Below are positions 16,948-23,906 of a stretch of DNA of 28,987 nucleotides, in pieces. Both the position numbers and the translations under genes were made by a program. Source of the stretch: an uncultured Candidatus Saccharibacteria bacterium (lineage in GTDB: Bacteria > Patescibacteriota > Minisyncoccia > UBA6257 > 2-01-FULL-56-20). How positions within the stretch are numbered: position 1 is the stretch's first letter; the number at the start of each line of letters is the position of its first letter. The notes beneath the pieces were generated by a model. That model was not told the DNA's origin. It saw only the letters and a program-made list of their open reading frames with translations, and ran no database searches. The stretch is taken from assembly GCA_964501675.1 (NCBI GenBank), contig CAZCTJ010000002.1:1-28987 (forward strand), in the 5' to 3' direction.

Positions 16948-19900
16948 ATGAGATACGATTTCAAGAAAACAGAGGCCAAGTGGCGGAAGGTCTGGGAAAA
17001 AGAGGGGATATACGAGCCCGCTCTCAAAAAAGCCGGCAAGCGCAAGCCCTTCTACAACCTGATGATGTTCCCGTACCCTTCCGCGGAAGGCCTGCATATC
17101 GGGGGCGTGCGGACCTTCACCGGCGTGGATATCTACGGACGCTTCAGGCGCATGCAGGGCCGGGACGTGTTCCAGCCCATCGGTTTGGACGGTTTCGGGA
17201 TCCATTCCGAGAACTACGCCCTGAAGGTCGGTAAGCACCCCCTGGAGCACGCCGCGGATTCCGAGAAGAATTTTTACCGCCAACTGGGGATGATCGGCAA
17301 CGGCTTCGCCTGGCGGGAGCGCCTCGAGACCTATGATCCGGGATACTACAAATGGACCCAGTGGATATTCACGGAAATGTTCCGGCGAGGTTTGGCTTAC
17401 CGCAAGAAACAGCCGGTCAATTGGTGCCCGTCCTGCAAGACGGTGCTCGCGGACGAACAGGTGATAGGCGGAGAGTGCGAACGCTGCGGAAGCCGAGAGG
17501 TCAAGAAGGACTTGGAGCAGTGGTTCTTCAAGATAACCGCCTACGCGGACCGGCTGCTACGAAATTTGGATGGGTTGGATTGGGCGGAAGTGATCAAGAC
17601 CGCCCAGCGGAACTGGATCGGCAAAAGCGAAGGCGCGGAGCTGGATTTCCCGGTGGCCGGCAAGTGGAATTTCGTCCTTCTGCATGGGTTCCAGGGTTCT
17701 CCCCGGGCCAATTTCTTCCCTTGGCTCAAAAAAGAACTGGAGTCCCGCGGTTACCCGGTCACGGTCCCGGAGCTTCCCAATTCCAAGGACCCTTCGGAAG
17801 CGGAGCAGGTCGGCTACGTGCTCGCGAACGCGAAATTCGACGCGAACACCGTCATTGTGGGGCACAGCCTGGGCGCAGCGATGGCGATGAAGGTCTTGGA
17901 AAAACTGAAAAAGCCGGTGGCGGGACTGGTCACCGCCGGCGGATTCGCCCGGGCCGATTTCATCGACCATCCCCGGCCCTTCGCCGAAACTTTCCGCTGG
18001 AAATTCGATTTCAAGCGTATCCGCAGGAATGCGGGATTCATAAAGATCCTTTCCGCCCGGAACGATTACGCCGTTCCGCAAAGCGAAGGCAAATTACTTC
18101 GCGACAAGCTGGGCGGCGAGCTTAGGGAGACCGCGGCCCGGGCCGAGCACTTTTGCGGCAAGCAGGAGCCGGACATCCTGGACGCCGCCCTGCCCCGCAT
18201 TCGGGTTTTCACCACCCGGCCGGATACTTTGTTCGGAGCGACCTACATGGTTCTCGCGCCGGAGCATCCCCTGATCCAGAATCTGGAATATAGGATCCAG
18301 AATCTGGCCGAGGTCAAGCGGTATATTGCCGAAGCCAAGAAGAAAACCGATGAAGAACGGATCACGGAGGGCAAGGAAAAAACCGGCGTGGAGCTCAAAG
18401 GCCTCCGGGCCGTGAATCCCGTGACCGGCAAGGATATGCCGGTTTGGGTCGCGGACTACGTGCTTTCCGGATACGGCACCGGCGCGATCATGGCCGTGCC
18501 GGGGCATGACGAGCGCGATTTGGAATTCGCTAAGAAATTCAAGCTGCCCGTCGTCAAGGTGGTGGTGCCCGTCCTGCACCGCCGCATGCTCGACGCCCGA
18601 GGCCGTGCCTCCGGCGCGGAGGAAGTTCTGGCGGTCCAAAGCGAATGCTGGGAAGGCGAGGGGGAATTGGTGAACTCCGGCAGGTTCAGCGGCTTGCATT
18701 CGGACAAGGCCAAGCGGGCCATCGTGAAGGAGGTGGGCGGACGGCAGAAGAGCCAGTACCGCCTGCGGGATTGGCTCTTGTCGCGCCAGCGCTATTGGGG
18801 CCCGCCCATTCCGATGGTCCGTTGCGAGGCGTGCGCGAAGGCCGGCAAAGGGGACCGGCGGGACATGCCCGGCTGGTACGCGGTCCCGCTGAAGGACCTG
18901 CCGGGCAAACTGCCCAAGATAAAAGATTTCCGCCCGAAGGGCACTGGGCTCTCGCCCCTTGCCGCTCACCGCGAATTCTATGAAGCGAAGTGCCCCGGCT
19001 GCGGAGGCAAAGCCCGCCGGGAGACGGACGTTTCCGATACCTTCCTGGATTCCGCCTGGTACTATTTGCGCTATCCCTCCGTCGGATCCTCGCAAGCCCC
19101 CTGGGACCCGGCCGTAAATAAAAAGTGGCTGCCGGTCCACTCTTACATCGGAGGCGCGGAGCATGCCGTTCTGCATCTTTTGTATTCCCGTTTCCTGGCC
19201 ATGGCCCTGAAGGACGCCGGACATCTCCATTTCGAGGAGCCCTTTACAAGATTCCGGGCGCACGGGCTCATAACCAAGGATGGCGCAAAGATGTCCAAAT
19301 CCAAAGGCAACGTGGTCGCTCCGGACGAATACTTCCGCAAATACGGCGCGGACGTCATGCGCATGTATCTCGCGTTCCTTGCGCCCCTGGAACAAGGCGG
19401 AGATTTCCGGGACGAGGGCATTTCCGGCATCACCCGGTTCCTGGAAAGGGTCCGCGATTTCGGGCGGTCCTTCCGGTCGGGCGCCAAGGCGAACGGGAAG
19501 GTCGAGCGCGCGCTGCACCGGACGATCAAAAAAATGACGGAAGACCTCGACGCGCTCAAATTCAACACCGCCACGAGCGCGCTCATGGTGCTTTTGAGGG
19601 AAATGGAGGAAGCCGGCCCGAACGGGGTGACCGCTTCTCAGTGGGACCGCTTCCTGCGGCTTCTCGCGCCCCAGGCGCCATTTCTCACCGAGGAACTGTG
19701 GCAGGCCCGTTTCAGCAAGGACAAATTCCGAAGCATCCATCTTGCGGAATGGCCGGAGGCGGATGCCGCGATGCTAAGATCCGAGACCTTCACCCTGATA
19801 GTTCAGGTGAACGGCCGGGTCCGGGCGGATATGGAAGTGCCCGCGGGCATAAGCGAGAAAGAGGCGACCGAGCTCGCCCTCGGGAACGAACGCATCCGCC

Positions 19901-19971
19901 AGTTCTTGGACAATAAAACCCCCCGGCGGATAGTTTACGTCCCCGGGAGACTTCTTAATATAGTCATTTGA
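16948..19971 (+). CDS. leuS: Leucyl-tRNA synthetase, about 1007 aa, with an inserted alpha/beta-hydrolase domain
   Basis: MFPYPSAEGLHIGG (HIGH variant), WCPSCKTVLADEQ, WIGKSEG, TTRPDT, GTGAIMAVPGHDERD, DWLLSRQRYWG, KMSKS and VQVNGRVR. ATG at 16948 is preferred over TTG at 16924. Confidence 0.97.
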   Translation: MRYDFKKTEAKWRKVWEKEGIYEPALKKAGKRKPFYNLMMFPYPSAEGLHIGGVRTFTGVDIYGRFRRMQGRDVFQPIGLDGFGIHSENYALKVGKHPLEHAADSEKNFYRQLGMIGNGFAWRERLETYDPGYYKWTQWIFTEMFRRGLAYRKKQPVNWCPSCKTVLADEQVIGGECERCGSREVKKDLEQWFFKITAYADRLLRNLDGLDWAEVIKTAQRNWIGKSEGAELDFPVAGKWNFVLLHGFQGSPRANFFPWLKKELESRGYPVTVPELPNSKDPSEAEQVGYVLANAKFDANTVIVGHSLGAAMAMKVLEKLKKPVAGLVTAGGFARADFIDHPRPFAETFRWKFDFKRIRRNAGFIKILSARNDYAVPQSEGKLLRDKLGGELRETAARAEHFCGKQEPDILDAALPRIRVFTTRPDTLFGATYMVLAPEHPLIQNLEYRIQNLAEVKRYIAEAKKKTDEERITEGKEKTGVELKGLRAVNPVTGKDMPVWVADYVLSGYGTGAIMAVPGHDERDLEFAKKFKLPVVKVVVPVLHRRMLDARGRASGAEEVLAVQSECWEGEGELVNSGRFSGLHSDKAKRAIVKEVGGRQKSQYRLRDWLLSRQRYWGPPIPMVRCEACAKAGKGDRRDMPGWYAVPLKDLPGKLPKIKDFRPKGTGLSPLAAHREFYEAKCPGCGGKARRETDVSDTFLDSAWYYLRYPSVGSSQAPWDPAVNKKWLPVHSYIGGAEHAVLHLLYSRFLAMALKDAGHLHFEEPFTRFRAHGLITKDGAKMSKSKGNVVAPDEYFRKYGADVMRMYLAFLAPLEQGGDFRDEGISGITRFLERVRDFGRSFRSGAKANGKVERALHRTIKKMTEDLDALKFNTATSALMVLLREMEEAGPNGVTASQWDRFLRLLAPQAPFLTEELWQARFSKDKFRSIHLAEWPEADAAMLRSETFTLIVQVNGRVRADMEVPAGISEKEATELALGNERIRQFLDNKTPRRIVYVPGRLLNIVI
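17662..18198 (+). other. In-frame RBBP9/YdeN-like serine hydrolase domain inside the LeuRS CP1 region
   Basis: LLHGFQG oxyanion motif, GHSLG nucleophile elbow (Ser 17866), NDYAVP (Asp 18064) and EHF (His 18148). It lies between GAELDFPVAG and IRVFTTRPDT. Confidence 0.88.
18274..18308 (+). repeat. Five degenerate 7-nt repeats inside leuS
   Basis: atccaga-atctgga-atatagg-atccaga-atctggc, encoding IQNLEYRIQNLA. Confidence 0.7.
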
Positions 19972-19993
19972 TCGATGCCCGCGGGCGGGGATG

Positions 19994-21046
19994 TCATTTC
20001 CGTTCCGCGAGGACCGCTTCCGCGTGGAATTCCTTGCCGCCGCGCAAGACCTGCATTTTAAGCTTGTCGCCCACCGCCATGGTTTCCAGAAAATCCTGAA
20101 TGGGTTTTTCCGGCGTGGTTCTTTCGCCGTTCAGGGAAAGGATGATGTCCTTTTCCCGGATGCCCGCCGCGTGAGCGGGACTTTTCGGTATGACCGCTTC
20201 GCGGTGGGGCGTTTCCCGCACGACCAGCGCGCCGTAATCCACGGGCAGTCCGGAGCGCGCCTGGATCTCCTTGTCTATCATTAAATAGCGCACGCCGAGA
20301 AAAGGCCGGCGGATCTCCCCGTAGCGGCGGATGTCGTCCAGGTCCCGCCGGGCGGTATTGATGGGGATGGCGAAGCCGATGCTTTGGGCTCCCGAGACCA
20401 CCGCGGCGTTTATCCCGATCGCGCGGCCGCGGAGGTCCACCAGCGGCCCGCCGGAATTGCCCGGATTAATGGCGGCATCGGTCTGGATCAGTCCCCGCAG
20501 TTCCTCGGTTTTGCCCTTAGCCCCACCTTTCGCGGAAATGGAGCGGGAAAGTCCGGAAACGATCCCCAGGGACACGGTGTTGTTGAACACTCCCAGGGCG
20601 TTGCCTATCGCGAGCACGGTCTCTCCGAGTTCCACGCGGGATGCGTCGCCCAGGGGGACCACCGGCAGGCCTGTCGCGGGTATTCTCAATATGGCCACGT
20701 CGTTCAGGGGGTCCCGGCTCAATATCTCGGCCGGGTATCTTTCGTCCCCCTCCAGGATGACCGTGTATTCGGTGCGCGGGTCTCCCAGAACATGCTTGTT
20801 GGTGAGCACGAGTCCCTGGGGATCGACGAGGAAGCCGGAACCGCCTCCGACGTTCACCATGCCGCGGCTGTCCACGAGTTCCCGGGGGATCCTGAATCCA
20901 CCCTCCTTTTTCACAGGATGCCCGGGCAGAAGGGAATACAGTTCGGAAGGGTCCTTTTCGAGATCGGCCAGGTGTTTGGCGGCCAAGATGGACACCACCG
21001 CCGGCATGACCTTCTTGACGACCTTGATGGTCCTCCGATCGCTCAT
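19994..21046 (-). CDS. htrA: HtrA/DegP-family trypsin-like serine protease with one PDZ domain and no N-terminal membrane anchor
   Basis: GGGSGF, TNKHV (His), NDVAIL (Asp), TDAAINPGNSGGP (Ser); C-terminal PDZ domain. Confidence 0.93.
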   Translation of the reverse strand: MSDRRTIKVVKKVMPAVVSILAAKHLADLEKDPSELYSLLPGHPVKKEGGFRIPRELVDSRGMVNVGGGSGFLVDPQGLVLTNKHVLGDPRTEYTVILEGDERYPAEILSRDPLNDVAILRIPATGLPVVPLGDASRVELGETVLAIGNALGVFNNTVSLGIVSGLSRSISAKGGAKGKTEELRGLIQTDAAINPGNSGGPLVDLRGRAIGINAAVVSGAQSIGFAIPINTARRDLDDIRRYGEIRRPFLGVRYLMIDKEIQARSGLPVDYGALVVRETPHREAVIPKSPAHAAGIREKDIILSLNGERTTPEKPIQDFLETMAVGDKLKMQVLRGGKEFHAEAVLAERK

Positions 21047-21052
21047 GAAGAT

Positions 21053-21061
21053 ATTTTAGCA
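21053..21061 (-). promoter_or_regulatory. Extended -10 (TGcTAAAAT) of a probable leaderless htrA transcript
   Basis: 6 nt upstream of the ATG at 21046 on the minus strand. Confidence 0.6.
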
Positions 21062-21186
21062 TCTGGAGCGGAGAAAGCCGAACCGTATTATTTCGGCCGT
21101 TCATCTGCGTAGCAGAGGATAGCGACAGAGCAGTGCGTAAATTCCGAAGCAGGGATGGCCTGCTTTGTTTGACATGAGAGGAAAAA

Positions 21187-22392
21187 GTGAGAAAGATGCT
21201 GTTCCCTGCGTTCCTGGTCATCCTTCTTGCGGCCGCGACCGCTCCTGCGCTCTCCGCGCAGAGGGCCCAGGCCGCCGTACCCGCGAATGCGGAACTCCAC
21301 CTCTTCCCGCTGGAGCCCGAGAAAGAACTGGGTTCCGGCTGGAGAGCCAAACTGGGGCTCATGCCCGACCGCTTGAGCTCGCCGCTCGACCTCTATAACT
21401 ACCACCGGGAGACGAAGCGCTGGGTATGGGAGACCCTGCCCGCCGGCACGGTGGTGCTCAAAGATGCGGCAGGCGTCGTCCGCTATAAGGTGGACTGCAT
21501 GAATCGCGTGGTTGTCCCCGCGCCCGCTCCGGCAATAACGGAGAAGCCGGAACCTCCCGCGATCCCGGCCCCGCCGCCTTCCGCCGCTCCGACCCGCGAA
21601 CCCGTTACGGTGAACGTGACGGTCTCCCAGGAAGTGGGCGGGGTGAGGACCGCGGAGACCCGGTCCAAGCCGGAAGAGAAAAAGCCCGGCGAAGGAGTCC
21701 AGGTGAACGTGGACGTTTCCCAGAAGGTCGGAGAGAAGCCGGAAAAACCGGGATCGCCTCCGTCGCCGCCGGTCCGTCGGGAACCCAAGCCCCGCCGGGA
21801 GTCCGTCCGGCAGTGGGCTCCGACCGCGGGAGCGCTCGTCGGACCGTTCGATTCGGAAGCGATCTCCGGCGCCTGGACCGGGATGCTGGGGCGGGAATTT
21901 TGCGCCCAGGGGCGGTCCTTCGATCTCGGCCTCGCCTACGGCAGGCCGGGCGGCTCGCTCTGGCGGTTCTCCTTCGCGGGCGTCGCCTTCGACGACAGGT
22001 CGTTCTCCCGCTACAGCTGCGAGGATTGCGACTTGGAGGTGACCGTGGCCGCCCGCTCGGCAAGGGTCTGGGGATTCCGCGCGGAGCGGGTCTTCCGGAT
22101 CGCGAAGCCCGCCTGGCCGGTCGCGCCGATGTTCACGCTCCACGGCGGGGCGGGCAGGGCGACCGGACGGTCGATCCGGATGAAAAACCCGGTCGGCAAC
22201 CGGAGCGACTTCACCCGGGAGACCGTGGCCGCAAGCAGGCTCCTGGACTCCGAATGGTTTCCGATCGCGGGAGGCGGAGCCGGCGTAATGGGGGACATCG
22301 GCCAAAGGCTCACCTGGGGATTCACAGCGGTAGGAGTGGAATTCCCAGGCGTGTACTTCGGAGGGGTCCAACTCACTTATTGGTTCAAATAG
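21187..22392 (+). CDS. Secreted hypothetical protein: signal peptide, small Cys-containing domain, Pro-rich linker, C-terminal beta-barrel-like domain
   Basis: GAGG SD upstream of the GTG; signal peptide ending ALSA/AQA; alternating beta-strand pattern ending GVQLTYWFK. Confidence 0.75.
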   Translation: MRKMLFPAFLVILLAAATAPALSAQRAQAAVPANAELHLFPLEPEKELGSGWRAKLGLMPDRLSSPLDLYNYHRETKRWVWETLPAGTVVLKDAAGVVRYKVDCMNRVVVPAPAPAITEKPEPPAIPAPPPSAAPTREPVTVNVTVSQEVGGVRTAETRSKPEEKKPGEGVQVNVDVSQKVGEKPEKPGSPPSPPVRREPKPRRESVRQWAPTAGALVGPFDSEAISGAWTGMLGREFCAQGRSFDLGLAYGRPGGSLWRFSFAGVAFDDRSFSRYSCEDCDLEVTVAARSARVWGFRAERVFRIAKPAWPVAPMFTLHGGAGRATGRSIRMKNPVGNRSDFTRETVAASRLLDSEWFPIAGGGAGVMGDIGQRLTWGFTAVGVEFPGVYFGGVQLTYWFK

Positions 22393-22423
22393 GCCCTCGC
22401 AAGGAGGCGGGGGAGAGCGTCAG

Positions 22424-22449
22424 AGGCCCGACCGGGAACGGTCGGGCCT
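22424..22449. terminator. Probable bidirectional terminator between convergent genes
   Basis: Perfect 11-bp stem AGGCCCGACCG-ggaa-CGGTCGGGCCT with a GNRA loop. Confidence 0.7.
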
Positions 22450-22463
22450 TGTTCATTGAAAAT

Positions 22464-22775
22464 TCAGCGCAAGAGAAAAACCGCGATTATGACGGCCAGA
22501 AAAATAACGAGCCACCCCAAGGTGGCGAAAAGCAAAAAGAGAGCATCCTTTCTTTGGCCGTTCAAATAAATCTGGATCGGATTCGCCAAAACCATGAGTC
22601 CGGTCAGCGTGGCGGAAACTATGAAAAGAAGGAGCATGAAGACGGGGATAAGGAAAGTGTCCTCTCCGCCGAATATGTCCTCGCCCCTGAACATCAGCCC
22701 GGCCACCGCGGAAACGTAAATCAGAACGCCGGCCGCGTTTCTGAAACTTTTCCAGATGTAATCGGATCTTTTCAT
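22464..22775 (-). CDS. Small three-TM membrane protein, 103 aa
   Basis: Three hydrophobic segments. Starts 7 nt after the tRNA-Ser discriminator base and ends at the 22424-22449 hairpin. Confidence 0.75.
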   Translation of the reverse strand: MKRSDYIWKSFRNAAGVLIYVSAVAGLMFRGEDIFGGEDTFLIPVFMLLLFIVSATLTGLMVLANPIQIYLNGQRKDALFLLFATLGWLVIFLAVIIAVFLLR

Positions 22776-22782
22776 TTATGGG

Positions 22783-22869
22783 CGGAGGGTGGAGGATTCG
22801 AACCTCCGAGGGGATTTCTCCCCAACCGCATTTCGAGTGCGGCGCATTAGACCGCTCTGCCAACCCTCC
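22783..22869 (-). tRNA. tRNA-Ser(CGA)
   Basis: Acceptor GGAGGGT/ACCCTCC with G73; anticodon arm CCGCA-CT CGA AA-TGCGG; long variable arm; GGTTCGAATCC T-arm. CCA is not encoded in register (followed by CCCA). Confidence 0.95.
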
Positions 22870-22961
22870 CTAACTTCCATTTTCCCGACCCGCTTCGCCG
22901 GAACCTCCGCGAGGCGAGCCCTCTTCCGGTTCGATCCGGATGGCTCGGGAGAGCCATTCTG

Positions 22962-23033
22962 TGCCCCCGGAGGGAATCGAACCCCCATTTTATCCTTAGG
23001 ACGGATCTGTTCTGTCCATTGAACTACGAGGGC
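22962..23033 (-). tRNA. tRNA-Arg(CCT)
   Basis: Acceptor GCCCTCG/CGGGGGC; D-arm GTTC/GAAC with A20; anticodon loop GT CCT AA; GGGGG-TTCGATT-CCCTC T-arm; no CCA. Confidence 0.9.
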
Positions 23034-23119
23034 GAGCGAGGAGGAAATGATGCCGAAGGCGATCATTTCCGCCGAACGATGCGCTTGCAAGGCCCGGCCG
23101 CCACGAGGGCGAGCGAGGA
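23026..23119. repeat. 17-bp perfect direct repeat with a 77-bp period, overlapping the tRNA-Arg 5' end
   Basis: ACGAGGGCGAGCGAGGA at 23026-23042 and 23103-23119, flanking a 60-bp insert with the hairpin GGAAATGAT..ATCATTTCC (23043-23070). Confidence 0.9.
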
Positions 23120-23136
23120 CCATTTCCCGCTTCATA

Positions 23137-23166
23137 GTTATACACTTTAGTCCCGTTTCATGGCAA
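23137..23166 (-). promoter_or_regulatory. Promoter of the tRNA-Arg / tRNA-Ser / small-ORF unit
   Basis: Minus-strand TTGCCA (23166-23161), 18-nt spacer, TATAAC (23142-23137). Confidence 0.55.
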
Positions 23167-23253
23167 ACGTCCACTTCCGGGGCTTCAGATCAGTATATCC
23201 AGCAATGGGACCCGCCGAGCGGTTCGGCGGATCATGCATAGGAGTCAGGCACC

Positions 23254-23802
23254 TTGAAAAGAATGATCGTTCTCTGCGCGGCGGTGTTCCTCGCTCTGCC
23301 GGGGTGTGGCAAGGACTGCGACGATTGCAACTTGCCCCCCCCCCCCACGACGCCGGCCCCCCCCACGCCCACGCCCACGCCCACGCCCGGCGGTCCCACC
23401 TCGGCTTCCCTCGCGTACAACATGTGCGAAGGAAGTCCGAACGGAGAAGGCGGTCCGACCGCTCCCTGCGCTCCCTTCCGGGAGATCGCCAAGGACTCCG
23501 ACGGGGGATTCACCATCTCCCGCAACAAGGACCACAAGCTCTACGCCTGGGTGACCCATCCCGGGCGGAACGGCTGCCGCATCGAGGGCAGCATCGTGTC
23601 GAACATCGCCCAGACCGTGATCCCAATGGATTACTATGAGCGGCTGGGGGGGACGATCAGTCCCTCCCCGCTCCGCGTCGGCGGGTACGGCTTCCATTCG
23701 CCGGTGACCGCCGGAGATTCCTATCGTCTGATCGTGAAGGCGAAGGACTCCTGCGATTCGCCCGCGGCGATGGATCGCACCATCCCGGTGAGGGTGCGAT
23801 AA
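23254..23802 (+). CDS. Hypothetical lipoprotein with a Pro/Thr linker and a Cys-containing beta-rich domain
   Basis: AGGAG SD 9 nt before the TTG; signal peptide ending in the lipobox-like ALPG-C; PTPTPTP linker. Confidence 0.75.
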   Translation: MKRMIVLCAAVFLALPGCGKDCDDCNLPPPPTTPAPPTPTPTPTPGGPTSASLAYNMCEGSPNGEGGPTAPCAPFREIAKDSDGGFTISRNKDHKLYAWVTHPGRNGCRIEGSIVSNIAQTVIPMDYYERLGGTISPSPLRVGGYGFHSPVTAGDSYRLIVKAKDSCDSPAAMDRTIPVRVR

Positions 23803-23820
23803 TGAAGGCGCGCGTTGTGA

Positions 23821-23863
23821 GTGGCCCAGTCGGAAAGGAACCGACTGGGCCACGTTAGTTTTT
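23821..23863 (+). terminator. Intrinsic terminator of the lipoprotein gene
   Basis: Perfect 13-bp stem GTGGCCCAGTCGG-aaaggaa-CCGACTGGGCCAC followed by GTTAGTTTTT. Confidence 0.8.
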
Positions 23864-23889
23864 GCAATCGTCCGCGATTTATTTATAAT
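23862..23889 (+). promoter_or_regulatory. Promoter of tRNA-Ala
   Basis: TTGCAA, 16-nt spacer, TATAAT. Confidence 0.7.
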
Positions 23890-23906
23890 GCACTTGTCGG
23901 TGAGCG

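Noticed and set aside
17662-18198. LeuRS insert as an intein or intron-encoded protein
   Set aside because: No N-terminal Cys/Ser, no C-terminal His-Asn, no LAGLIDADG or HNH motif. It carries hydrolase motifs instead, and the frame is continuous.
21047-21100. CIRCE/HrcA operator upstream of htrA
   Set aside because: TTAGCA is present but the TTAGCACTC-N9-GAGTGCTAA inverted repeat is not. A 6-bp inverted repeat (GCCGAA-N9-TTCGGC, 21077-21097) is too short to call.
23034-23110. Pseudo-tRNA upstream of tRNA-Arg (starts GCCCTCG, tRNA-like length, contains CTTGCAA)
   Set aside because: No D-arm, no 5-bp anticodon stem, no T-arm and no complementary 3' acceptor strand. It is reported only as a direct repeat.
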